Origin: Octopus bimaculoides
Taxonomy: Eukaryota
Assembly: GCF_001194135.2 (NCBI RefSeq)
Contig: NC_069006.1
Span: forward strand, 449,278-513,277
Direction: 5' to 3'
DNA: 64,000 nt
The notes below the pieces were generated by a model, which was given only the letters and a program-made list of their open reading frames with translations, had not been told where the DNA came from and did no database searches. The translations under genes and the position numbers were made by a program. Below, piece by piece: positions 51,195 to 64,000 of the stretch; position 1 is the first letter of the stretch, and each line of letters opens with the position of its first letter.

Positions 51195-52758
51195 GGCGGA
51201 GTCCGACTTAACACCCTTTATCCGATCACATACTTTGGTATTCATATAGGGACTTCAAAGCAACAAGAAGCTGTTTATCGATCCCATATTCCTGCAGAAC
51301 CTTCAACTACAAATCCACTGAACGCGGTTTTATGCCTTTTCGAGGTCTAAAAAGCAAGTTTATACTTCTTGACCATAGTCCCACGATTTCTCGAAATCCT
51401 CTCGCTGTGTGAATATTTTGACGGCTCTTCTGCATCCACAGCGAATGCCACACTGCTCTTCAGCCAGTTTAGACTCTACACTATCCCTATAACTCTTCAC
51501 CAGTCACTTAGCATATCGAGGAGGCTTCACAAGGGCATACCTCTATAATTAGAGCAATCTCTACTTTCTTATTGAACATCGGGATTATCATTCCCAAATG
51601 CCACTGTTTAGGTGCCTTTCTAGAGATCCATATCACCTGGCACACACAAGTCAGTCAAGGAATGCCTTAAACATTACAGACCGAATGTCTTAAAGAGATT
51701 TGCCATACTTAAGCTCTTTAATTGCTCTTGTGACTTCGGTCTCTGAGGGTTTAGTAATCGCTCCTAGATGCATATCATAAACGTCAGATATTGTTGTGAC
51801 CGTGTTTAGCAGATCAGCAAATTCTTTTCTCCATGCAAGGATGCACCACTCTTCAGGGGGGCGTACTGCCGCCTTTCCTGATCATAACCTTTATGAACAA
51901 GATTGAAATACACAGCCGGGCTGGAAGTGAAATCAAGACCAGCAGGTGTAGGATCAGAGGGTTGAAATTTGCAGACAACATAGTACCACTCAACCCATCG
52001 GAGGGTGATCTCCGACATGCCCTTGCTAGTTTTGTTGCCGAGTGCTGCCCGGAAGAAATGAAAATCAGTGATGCGAAGACTAAGACACTCGTCCTTTCAA
52101 AGAAGCCTGCGCAATGCACTCAACATGTGAGTGGAGTTGCACAGAAGCAGATGAAGTTCAAGTATCTTGGAGATGTCTTCACAAGCGATGGCAGGCAGGA
52201 GCTTGAATTAGACGCAACAACTACAAGAGCCGGCGTGGCCAGGCGCCATCAGAAGAGGGTAGGTAGGAATAAAAACCAAATTCGCTATCTCCAATTCGGT
52301 GTTCGTGCCTACTCTTACCTATGGTCATGAATGTGGATAATGACCGAAAGAAAACGATCGCGAATAATGGGGCTGAGATGGGGTTACTCCGAAGGGTCTT
52401 TGGAATAACGGTACTCGATAAAGTGTGTAGCTCGGAAATCAGACAAGCGCTCCATGTAGAGCGGCTACTTTTCCGAATTGGAAGATCACAGATCGATACA
52501 ACGGACATGTGGTAAGAATGTCCCAGAAAAGAATCGCTGGAGAGGTTTTACAGGCAAAAACAAACCGGCGTGAACCTCAGGTGAAGACCACGAGTAAGAT
52601 GGTTGGATAACATCCATGAGCTCGGTTGGTTTCTGTTAGGGATTCGAACAGATCAATTAGATTCGGTTGTTTTTGACAGAACCCGATATAAGGTGTGTTT
52701 GAGGATTCTGCTCCCACAGATCATTCCAGGAATAAGTGAGTGAAGAAGATCAGATGAG
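51195..52758 (+). mobile_element. RTE-clade LINE, 5'-truncated with inverted 5' segment
   Basis: Plus strand 51850-52758: QGGVLPPFL, FADN, FKYLG, AEMGLLRRVFG.T..DKV.SSEIR, RWLDNI. Minus strand 51195-51850: WRKEFADLLN, EVTRAIKELKYGK, CSNYRG, EEQCG, CFLDLEKA, GLRQ. Candidate TSD attgtaaagactt / attccaaagactt. Confidence 0.9.
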
Positions 52759-52794
52759 ATTCCAAAGACTTTGCCATAAACCGCTCTTAATAAT

Positions 52795-53015
52795 GGCTTC
52801 TGATTTAAACACAAGGCCAGCAGATTTTGAGAGGAGGGTGGCTTGTCGATACCACCAACCTCAATACTTGACTGGTATTTTGTTTTATAGACACCAAAAG
52901 AATGAAGAGTAAAGCTAACCTGGGCGGTATTTGAAATCAGAACGCAAAGAGCGATAAGAAATGCAAAAAAGCATTTTGTCCGACGTGCTAACGATTCTGC
53001 CAGCTTAGCACCTTA
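52795..53015 (-). mobile_element. SINE family A
   Basis: Reverse complement of family A. Confidence 0.8.
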
Positions 53016-53213
53016 CATATATAGAGAGAGAGACACGCTCCCAGATACACTCTCAGGTAGCCAATTCCATTTTCGTGCCCAATATCTTCGTCTCATATTG
53101 ACAAGTTACAGTACTTGGTGCTATGGAAATTTAAACGGTATTATTTGAGTAAGAATTCTTCCAATTTCCCTGATGTCAACACATACGCGCACACACACAC
53201 ACATGTATACACA

Positions 53214-53252
<39 letters not shown>

Positions 53253-53310
53253 GCACGCACACGCAAGCTTACGCACATACAAACATAAAAACACCACAAA
53301 AAGTAATAAA

Positions 53311-53360
<50 letters not shown>

Positions 53361-54164
53361 GCCAACGCAAGATGTTTGGTAAGGACCCCAAGTCTTCCTT
53401 CTTTCCGTCCATTCTGTCAATAAACACAGTAAGTTTGGCTTTGACTTCGATATGGAATGGAAAGACAAATCAAACAGAAAGTCTAACAAAAGAAAAAGAA
53501 AAAGAAAAAATAGATAAAAAGAAGACAAAACGAAAAGGAAAAGAAAATGGGAAATAAAAACTGTAGCCTCATCTAAATGCAAAAGCTGTGTTCGCACGTT
53601 TTAGACACGGTATGTGTGCGCAGTGATTAAAGACAGCACAAACATTATAAACCTTGATTGTGTCTGAGACCTGTTCTTATGGTGTGAACGTGTGCAACTA
53701 TGAGTTTTTAAAACACTTGAGTCATTGTGGGGAAGTGTTGTGAAATGTTGAACGCCTTCTCTTAAATATATTCAGAAATAGGAAAGACATTTCATAGTGT
53801 TTGTCTTTACTTGGGGTAAAAGGAGACATTTTGAATTTTGAGATGTTTGATGAAAGGAAGAGAGGGTTGAAATGTGTCAGCGCGCGCGTGTGTGATCGAT
53901 GTTTGAATAGTAATAGACGAAGCGTATTGATTTTTTTAAATTTCTGATTCGCCAACTGATCAGAAGAAATACCGGCTGTGTTCTATATGTATACACATAT
54001 ATACATGCATGCATATGTATTATGTAGGTATGGATGTGTCTAAGTTTGTCTTTGTGTCTGTGAGTATATATGCGTGTGTGCATATATGTGTGTATGTTAG
54101 GGTTCATAAATTTTATACACGAAAAACGATGCCCGTAATAAACTTTTAAAATGGTTTCAGCTTC

Positions 54165-54218
<54 letters not shown>

Positions 54219-54763
54219 NNNNNNNNNNNNNNNNNNNNNNNNNNNNNNNNNNNNNNNNNNNNNNNNNNNNNNNNNNNNNNNNNNNNNNNNNNNNNNNNNN
54301 NNNNNNNNNNNNNNNNNNNNNNNNNNNNNNNNNNNNNNNNNNNNNNNNNNNNNNNNNNNNNNNNNNNNNNNNNNNNNNNNNNNNNNNNNNNNNNNNNNNN
54401 NNNNNNNNNNNNNNNNNNNNNNNNNNNNNNNNNNNNNNNNNNNNNNNNNNNNNNNNNNNNNNNNNNNNNNNNNNNNNNNNNNNNNNNNNNNNNNNNNNNN
54501 NNNNNNNNNNNNNNNNNNNNNNNNNNNNNNNNNNNNNNNNNNNNNNNNNNNNNNNNNNNNNNNNNNNNNNNNNNNNNNNNNNNNNNNNNNNNNNNNNNNN
54601 NNNNNNNNNNNNNNNNNNNNNNNNNNNNNNNNNNNNNNNNNNNNNNNNNNNNNNNNNNNNNNNNNNNNNNNNNNNNNNNNNNNNNNNNNNNNNNNNNNNN
54701 NNNNNNNNNNNNNNNNNNNNNNNNNNNNNNNNNNNNNNNNNNNNNNNNNNNNNNNNNNNNNNN

Positions 54764-54816
<53 letters not shown>

Positions 54817-55155
54817 ACATATATATTTATACATGCACACATACACCTATATAACTATAGATATATATATGTATAGACACACACACACACACACACACAT
54901 TTATCTAACAAAAGGAAGACCACGACAATTATATAAACTATATTGCGGAGTATAAATATTTGCATAAGGCTCATCGTTGTCTCGGACGTTGTTTAGATTT
55001 TCTCGCAAGATGCCTTCATTAAGATGATATCAAATATTGCTTATAATGTACAAGAAACCAGTATAACTCCAAGACTTCTACTGAAGATAGGAAAATCTAT
55101 TGTGCATCATCTCTGCTTTGCATTTTGTAATCTTTCTAAAGGTGAAGATCAAAAC

Positions 55156-55490
55156 AAGGCTGTGGGATTAGGAAATTTGCTTTGCAACCACCTGGCTTCG
55201 AGTTCAGTCCCACAGCACGCAGAATCTTGAACAAGTATTTTCTACCGTTACTATGGCATGACCAAAGCCCTGTGAGTGAATATGATAGACGGAAACTGTA
55301 ATGAAGCTTGTACATAAATAAATATGTGCGTGGCAGCTGTTGTTGATTTGTCCCAGTAATCTAGCGATTCGGCAAAAGAGACCGATAGACTTTAAAATAA
55401 AATGAGTGCTGGTGTCCATTTGTTCGACTGAAACCTTCAAAGCGGTGTTCCAGCATGGTCGCAGTCTAATGACTGAAACAAGCAAAAGGG
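55156..55490 (+). mobile_element. SINE family B, decayed
   Basis: Head gagttcagtcccacagc and 3' half cggttcggcaaaagagaccgatag-type sequence are recognisable. Confidence 0.7.
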
Positions 55491-56145
55491 TAAAAATTAT
55501 ATGGTACCCAATTCTATCGATGGTAAAATGTGCAGCATATTGGATCAACAAGAAGGAAAGAATAGTAGTGCTGGCATGCTTCGTTATCTGATGTTCTAGG
55601 GAACATGAACAATCAATATATTTGGCAATGCTGTATGAACTAATCTCCCGAAATGTCAGTGTCTCGATACATGAATGTCCCTTGTAATAAATCCTATATA
55701 TTATCCGTATATTGTCCGTAAATACGTTTACACATACACGGATATACAGAGACCCACACACATATACGTGCAGGTACAAAGAGACATATACATACAACAA
55801 TTAATTTTAGATTTGAAACTTGTATCTCGTCGACAGTTTTCCCGTCCAGCTATAGTAACAAAAGAGTATCTTCTTCACTAGAGGTCAGTGTGACCTCGGA
55901 GGAGATTGTGGAAATACAAAGAAACAGCAAACCACCTGCAAGATCCGAATCTAAATTAATATCTATATACTGTGTATGTAAATGTATGAAGTTTATGGTC
56001 CTCCAAACCAAGAGAAAACACACCGCGTAGCGACTCATGCAGACTGAGTTTCAAATAGAATTCAAATAGAATTCTACATTTCTTCGCTTAACTTCAAATC
56101 CCGCTATTGTCTTGTTCACAGGAATCTATCTCTCTGTGTATCTAG

Positions 56146-56188
<43 letters not shown>

Positions 56189-56314
56189 ACAAATAGATGT
56201 ACATCATGAACAATACAGAGCATATTGGTTTTTCACGCTTACCAAAGTATATATGTATGTTCATATATGCGCACGCTCATATACATATATACTTGTGTGT
56301 GTGTGTATACATAC

Positions 56315-56353
<39 letters not shown>

Positions 56354-56444
56354 AATATATATAAGACATTCATAAAAGCATAAAAGAATGTATCAAGAAT
56401 ATTAGATTATATACATGAACTTCTTTTGCGTATTNNNNNNNNNN

Positions 56445-56498
<54 letters not shown>

Positions 56499-56719
56499 GG
56501 AAGTGAGAGAAAGAAAAAGGGCTATGAGCTGATGATAGATCTATCAAAACGATTATCGATCTCTTGATATATTTACACACCATTTTGTTTCTTTTAATCA
56601 ATCATCGAAGTCTCCTCATCCGCTACGTTAACCACCACTATAGATAGACACGAACCACTAACATCTATCTATCTATCTATCTATCTATCGATATATTGAT
56701 ATTTACCACACTCACACAC

Positions 56720-56754
<35 letters not shown>

Positions 56755-56832
56755 CACGTGTATTTATATACATACTTGCATATATAAATATATTTGTATG
56801 TGTAAAAAACATTGCAGTCTATATGTACACGC

Positions 56833-56865
<33 letters not shown>

Positions 56866-57474
56866 CGCACACACATACATTCCTGTATACACGTGTACAC
56901 AGACACACGCACACACAACACACATTTGAAATTCCTTCTTTATTTTTCCGTTTTTCCCCACATATTTTGTTTGTCCGTGCAATTCTTCTCCCTGACAACT
57001 CTCCATGTCTCACCCATTCCCACTTCCCCGTTTTTTCTTTCTTCCTCTCTATCTCCCATAAACACCTACCATCAACAACAACAACAACAACAACAACAGC
57101 CATAACAATAACAATAACAACAACAATACTCACTGGTTCCACATAATAAACATTGTCTTGTCCATTGGATGTATCGATGGAGCATGAAATCGTCTCACTC
57201 CACTGAACAGCTTGATCGATCCATTTACTATACACACATAAAGACATACGTATGTATGGCGTGCATATATACATACATATATATATACAACTAGCGATAT
57301 ATTCATACATATATTTATATATATATACTGAATCTATAATACAATGGAATCTACAGTATATACATATGTATAGATGTATATGAATACGTGTATATATGAA
57401 ATAAATATATTACACACACACATGTATATATTATATATAAATATAGATATAGATATACAGATATATACCTAGGC

Positions 57475-57529
<55 letters not shown>

Positions 57530-57693
57530 GTATATTATGCGTGTATGTGCTTATGAGTGAAAATGACAGAAATAGAGAGAGGGAGACATACATACAAGTC
57601 AATATAAGAAATATATTTTTATTAACTAATACGAGTTATTAGTTTATTATTATTAGTATTAACTAATACTTAATGTGTATAAGTATATATATG

Positions 57694-58212
57694 TACAAGA
57701 TGGTATCAAAAATTTCCCGGATTAGTTTTGTAGCGCGCCAACAGATGGCAGCACACGATTGCGTGCGCACCGAGAGCTAGCAGTGATCTTCATGAGGTAT
57801 TGTGCAAAGTAACATCGTTGTGTTTACTTTGCAAGTTATGAAATTTGTGTTTTTGTGATCACGTATATACTGTAGTCTGCAATTCTGTCATGGACAGGAA
57901 TTTGGAACAAAATGCCAACGTGAAATTTTGCCTTAAACTTGGGAATTCTGCTACAGAGAAACATTAGGGATTCTTCAGTGAACTTTCTGCGACGAAGCAG
58001 CAGTCATCACAATGGGAGAGGCCTTCATCTCCACGACTGGGGAAGGCACGACAGAGCCGCGGCATCGGGAATCGAGAATTTGTCCCCCAGGGCCAGACTG
58101 TCAACTGAGAGTCCAACTGCATCGTTTTGAAGCGTTTGAGGGAGGACATTCAGTGAAAACGACCGGATCTGTGGAGGGCAAAGAATTTTGGATTCTTCAC
58201 GACGACAATGCA
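57694..58212 (+). mobile_element. Multiply deleted mariner relic (irritans-like)
   Basis: TIR-like TAcaagatggtatcaaaaatttcccgg. ATG at 57890 gives MDRNLEQNANVKFCLKLGNSATE; later EFVPQGQTVN...LKRLRE..RPDLW...WILHDDNA. Confidence 0.8.
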
Positions 58213-58233
58213 CAACCTAGTGATTTACAACAG

Positions 58234-58274
<41 letters not shown>

Positions 58275-59300
58275 NNNNNNNNNNNNNNNNNNNNNNNNNN
58301 NNNNNNNNNNNNNNNNNNNNNNNNNNNNNNNNNNNNNNNNNNNNNNNNNNNNNNNNNNNNNNNNNNNNNNNNNNNNNNNNNNNNNNNNNNNNNNNNNNNN
58401 NNNNNNNNNNNNNNNNNNNNNNNNNNNNNNNNNNNNNNNNNNNNNNNNNNNNNNNNNNNNNNNNNNNNNNNNNNNNNNNNNNNNNNNNNNNNNNNNNNNN
58501 NNNNNNNNNNNNNNNNNNNNNNNNNNNNNNNNNNNNNNNNNNNNNNNNNNNNNNNNNNNNNNNNNNNNNNNNNNNNNNNNNNNNNNNNNNNNNNNNNNNN
58601 NNNNNNNNNNNNNNNNNNNNNNNNNNNNNNNNNNNNNNNNNNNNNNNNNNNNNNNNNNNNNNNNNNNNNNNNNNNNNNNNNNNNNNNNNNNNNNNNNNNN
58701 NNNNNNNNNNNNNNNNNNNNNNNNNNNNNNNNNNNNNNNNNNNNNNNNNNNNNNNNNNNNNNNNNNNNNNNNNNNNNNNNNNNNNNNNNNNNNNNNNNNN
58801 NNNNNNNNNNNNNNNNNNNNNNNNNNNNNNNNNNNNNNNNNNNNNNNNNNNNNNNNNNNNNNNNNNNNNNNNNNNNNNNNNNNNNNNNNNNNNNNNNNNN
58901 NNNNNNNNNNNNNNNNNNNNNNNNNNNNNNNNNNNNNNNNNNNNNNNNNNNNNNNNNNNNNNNNNNNNNNNNNNNNNNNNNNNNNNNNNNNNNNNNNNNN
59001 NNNNNNNNNNNNNNNNNNNNNNNNNNNNNNNNNNNNNNNNNNNNNNNNNNNNNNNNNNNNNNNNNNNNNNNNNNNNNNNNNNNNNNNNNNNNNNNNNNNN
59101 NNNNNNNNNNNNNNNNNNNNNNNNNNNNNNNNNNNNNNNNNNNNNNNNNNNNNNNNNNNNNNNNNNNNNNNNNNNNNNNNNNNNNNNNNNNNNNNNNNNN
59201 NNNNNNNNNNNNNNNNNNNNNNNNNNNNNNNNNNNNNNNNNNNNNNNNNCCACAAATTAAAAAAAAAGTATATGTGTGTGAGTGTACGTATTTATATATC

Positions 59301-59347
<47 letters not shown>

Positions 59348-59354
59348 GCGTATG

Positions 59355-59770
59355 TTTATCTTCCCATAACGCTTAACAACCACTGCTTGCTTGTTTACGT
59401 TCGCGTAACTGAGTGGTTCGGCAAAAAAAAACCGATAGAATAAGTACCCGGCTTAAACAGCAACTGGTGTTGATTTGTTCGACTAAAACCTTTTAAGGCA
59501 ATGCCCTAGCATGGTCACAGTCCAGTGACTGAAACAAGCAAATGATAAAAGACTATCTTTTCTAGTCTAGGCACAAGACCCGAAATTTTTAGGGAGGGGG
59601 CATGTTGATTAGACCGATCACAGTATGCAATTGGTACTTAATTTATCGATCACGAAAGGATGAACGGTAAAGTCGGCCTCGGCGGAATTTGAACTCAGAA
59701 CGTAAAGACAGACAAAATACCACTAAGCATTTTGCCCGGCGTGCTAACGGTTCTGCCATCTCGCCGCCTT
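59355..59770. mobile_element. SINE B 3' half (plus) tail-to-tail with SINE A (minus, 59554-59770)
   Basis: Matches to the other copies in the window. Confidence 0.8.
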
Positions 59771-60334
59771 CTTGAGATGACATAATGCTGTGGAATTATC
59801 TGAGGTAAAATCTCTTAGACTTGATGCGTTAAAAAAATCACCTGAAGAATAATAGAGAATGGGAAATATTGGACGAGCGATGAAGTGAATCGACAGCTTC
59901 GACCGAAGAAATAATATAAAATTCCTCCCTTTAGTCGTGAACATATCTGCATCTTTCTTTCTCTAATATATGTATATATGTATGTATATACATACGTATG
60001 TGTACGTGAGCGTGGAGATGAGGAGGAACGGGTGCGACAAACATGGGGACATGATAAATTCGAAACCGAGAAAGAAATACAAAATCAAACAACACGTTTG
60101 GAGTTTATTATGTAATAATGATAGAGATTGGAAGCCAAGAAAGAAATCAAATCGATGCTCATCTCCCTTTTCCTCTGCAACTCTCTCTCTCTCTCTCCTA
60201 GTCTTTCTGTGTTTCAAACTATTTCTATCTATCTGTCTAACTATATATATATATAAGATAGATAAATAAATATTACATAAATATGTGTGCGTGTAAACAT
60301 AGAGGCACACATATATCTATATGTGTGTGTGTGT

Positions 60335-60369
<35 letters not shown>

Positions 60370-60729
60370 TACAATCAGTCATATATCTACATATTTGTAG
60401 ATATCTGTTTTTATCTATATGTATACAATCTTTTTTCATTTTCGTATGTAGGTAAGCTTATACATATCTATGCCTATATATTTTTACGCACATATATATA
60501 TATATATATATATGCATGCACACACACACACACACACATATATACATATATATATATATACATACATATGTATGTATGTGTGTGTGTGTGTGTGTGTGTA
60601 AACATATAGGTATATATAGGTGTATGTATTGTATATAAATGTGTAGATACGATTATATATATATATACTGTGAATAGATTATATACAAATATTACAGGAT
60701 TTTATCTTTTGTATACACACTCATCACTC

Positions 60730-60791
<62 letters not shown>

Positions 60792-62006
60792 TATATATAT
60801 ATGCACGCATATAATAAACGTGTATTATACATGTAGAAACATACATACGCAGACATACGCATTCACATTAAGCAATCCTACACAGTAGCTTACATACATG
60901 CAAATATATATATATATATATATATATATACAAACACACTCACCTATATACACACAGACACTTATATTTGACACGCACATGCGTATGTATGCATGAATAC
61001 ATATATACATTTTCTATGTCTATACACACCCACACCCACACCCACACATATATACATACATACACACATGTAGCACTGAGAGATTTACCACATGTTTGTT
61101 AAGATATTGATGTCTTTGTTTAAAGATTATGGGCGAAATATCTTTTCATCTTTTCATGTTACTTTCCTTGTTATTACAGTTATTTATTATTACTGTATGT
61201 AGTTTTTTGTTTCTGCTGTTGTTGTTTTTGTTCTCATCGTATTAATGTTGTTGTTGTTGTGGTTATAGTTGTAAATGTTATTGTTGTTAATGATGTTGTT
61301 TTAGGCTACTTGAGTTATGGATTTTCAAAATGGCTGCCTAGTTTGCTTTAATAGAGTGAATGGGCTGTATATCTTTAGTCGATTTAAGTAGATTTTGCTT
61401 TGTCATTCATTCATTTAATGGGATATGTATGTACGTGTGCTTGCATATATATANNNNNNNNNNNNNNNNNNNNNNNNNNNNNNNNNNNNNNNNNNNNNNN
61501 NNNNNNNNNNNNNNNNNNNNNNNNNNNNNNNNNNNNNNNNNNNNNNNNNNNNNNNNNNNNNNNNNNNNNNNNNNNNNNNNNNNNNNNNNNNNNNNNNNNN
61601 NNNNNNNNNNNNNNNNNNNNNNNNNNNNNNNNNNNNNNNNNNNNNNNNNNNNNNNNNNNNNNNNNNNNNNNNNNNNNNNNNNNNNNNNNNNNNNNNNNNN
61701 NNNNNNNNNNNNNNNNNNNNNNNNNNNNNNNNNNNNNNNNNNNNNNNNNNNNNNNNNNNNNNNNNNNNNNNNNNNNNNNNNNNNNNNNNNNNNNNNNNNN
61801 NNNNNNNNNNNNNNNNNNNNNNNNNNNNNNNNNNNNNNNNNNNNNNNNNNNNNNNNNNNNNNNNNNNNNNNNNNNNNNNNNNNNNNNNNNNNNNNNNNNN
61901 NNNNNNNNNNNNNNNNNNNNNNNNNNNNNNNNNNNNNNNNNNNNNNNNNNNNNNNNNNNNNNNNNNNNNNNNNNNNNNNNNNNNNNNNNNNNNNNNNNNN
62001 NNNNNN

Positions 62007-62040
<34 letters not shown>

Positions 62041-62794
62041 TATATATATATATATAATATATATACATATATAATATATATACATATAATATATATATAT
62101 ATATAATATATATACATATAATATATATATATATATAATATATATAGATATATAATATATATAGATATATATATATATATACATATAATATATATATATA
62201 TATATCTATATCTATCTCTATCTATCTATCTATCTATCTATATATATATATATATATCTATATATATCTATATATATCTATATATATCTATATATCTATA
62301 TCTATCTATATCTATATTGGGAAGATCTTGATCACATGTGTAATTAACTTTTATATTTTTTTACTCGAAGTAAGTCAGGTAAGCTCCGTAGGTTGCTCCG
62401 AGGCGAAGGGTTGTTTGAAATAGTTGAGATTTTCAGTCGTATATTTACAGTTTAAAAGCACCGTTGGTCGTTTTTGTTCAACAAATATTTAGTAAGTTAC
62501 CTTATGCTATCATATTGAAAAAGTATCTTAACAACAATACTTTGTGGCAGCGTCCTCTATGCTAAATACAAATACGATAGGCCACTTCACTATGAGACTG
62601 ATATCGAATCTAAAAACTTCGATCAATTACAATTATCAAAGCGTTTAGTAGATAAAACTCCCCTTAGTGGTGTTTAAAATCTAAAAAGACCACAGACAAC
62701 GGAAGTAATGTCCAGGCAATGTCGTACGCCTCCACTCTTCCGTGAAACATATGTCCAGACATAGGAAAATAATACCGTGCTTGAAAACAGGTGA

Positions 62795-62905
62795 ATGTTG
62801 GCTACAGGAAGGGCATCCGGCCGTAAAAAATCTGCCTCAACAAATTCCGTCTGACTCATGCTAGCATAGAAAAAGGGGACGTTAAACCATTAATGGTGAT
62901 AACGA
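62795..62905 (+). mobile_element. RTE-type 3' tail stub
   Basis: ggctacaggaagggcatccggccgtaaaaaatctgcc...gcatagaaaaaggggacgttaaa resembles recalled RTE LINE/SINE 3' ends. Confidence 0.45.
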
Positions 62906-63184
62906 AGAATGCAAACTGGAGTGAAACTGGTTGTCATAGTACCCGGCTTTCTGTAGCAGTTTCGAGTTCATGAGTGACTACAGTTGTCTATTTAGAAATA
63001 CATTATGAAATAATGTATTTCTAATGAGACAAGTGTAGTCACTCATAAATAATTATGTAGCCTGGTTATGTAACAATGGAGTGTCTGCTCTGCTTAGTTT
63101 TCGGGTTGTCAGTAAGTTTTAAGTTAACAGACCTACGATCAAAGACGTTTCAGGCGTGACCATCCATTCCTAATATGCATATAT

Positions 63185-63395
63185 AAGGCGGCGAGCTGGC
63201 AGAAACGTTAGCACGCCTGGCGAAATGCTTAGCGGTATTTCGTCTGTCTTTACGTTCTGAGTTCAAATTCCACCGAGGTCGACTTTACCTTTCACCCTTT
63301 CGAGGTCGATAAATTAAGTACCAGTTGCGTACTAGGGTCGATCTAATCGACTGGCCTCCTCCCCCCAAATTTCGGACCGTGTAGAAAAGAATATT
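63185..63395 (+). mobile_element. SINE family A (well preserved)
   Basis: Complete head-to-tail copy aaggcggcgagctggcagaaacg...gtagaaaagaatatta. Confidence 0.9.
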
Positions 63396-63520
63396 AGGCA
63401 TTTATTAGTCCTAATGAGCTCATTATCTAATGCATTGCTGTTTTGTAAACGCAGGTCAGCTACGATAAAGTAAACTTCAGGTTAAAGACGTTCTAGATGC
63501 GACCATCCCGTCAAATATAT

Positions 63521-63862
63521 TTTATCCGTTTCAGTAACTGGACTGCTGCAATAATGAAGTCTCTTCTGGAAGGGTTTAGTCGAACAAATCGGCCATAGTT
63601 CTTATTTCTTTATAAAGACTGGTACTTATTTTATCAGTCTCTTTTGCCGAACCGCTCGGTTACGGATGCGTTAACAGACCAACACCGGTTGTCAAGCGGT
63701 ATGGGGACCAAACACATACACACACATATCTCCATATATACGACAGGCTTCTTCCAGTTTCCGTCTACCAAATCCACTTAAAGGCATTGGTCAACGCGAG
63801 TTTAGAACAGTGAACCCGAAGCTCCGAGATTGCAAAGCGAGCTTCTAAACCACGCAACTCTG
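63521..63862 (-). mobile_element. SINE family B
   Basis: Reverse complement of 19867-20252 with a decayed head. Confidence 0.75.
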
Positions 63863-64000
63863 ACTAAATGGTCCAATTTGTCCTATATTTTTTAGATGCT
63901 AAGTTGTAATTTAAAGGAAATTTGGTTGCTATTTCTAACACTTTGTGCGTCCATATGAAAGCCCCCCCCCCCTGTGACTGCCACTGGTGGGTTTGGTTTC

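Noticed and set aside
55880-56030. Exon-like VSVTSEEIVEIQRNSKPPARSESKL
   Set aside because: Short, weak donor and no recognisable family.

Overview
Eukaryotic, AT-rich, repeat-dominated DNA from a draft assembly. There are 17 N-gaps, nearly all next to dinucleotide microsatellites. The SINE families and microsatellite load look like octopus (coleoid cephalopod) DNA; this is inferred from recalled repeat sequences, not from a search. No host protein-coding gene can be identified with confidence: the listed ORFs are microsatellite read-throughs, gap artefacts or transposon debris, apart from one weak candidate spliced exon at 22591-22694. The window is intergenic or deep-intronic and holds decayed mobile elements: tRNA-derived SINEs of about four families, 3' stubs of RLE-type (R4/Dong-like) LINEs, an RTE LINE with an inverted 5' half, a Penelope-like RT fragment, a gypsy LTR remnant ending in RNase H, several mariner/maT relics and MITEs. 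The best signals are (1) a type I hammerhead ribozyme fold at 18231-18310 (minus strand) with an unusual 17-nt insert, fused to the Penelope-like RT, plus a decayed second hammerhead at 19278-19339; (2) a twin-priming-like RTE inversion with candidate TSDs; (3) a Gmr1-like LTR element; (4) two tandem 115-nt foldback hairpins; and (5) a 33-bp, 11-codon degenerate minisatellite. Translations and folds were done by eye, and SINE boundaries are approximate.
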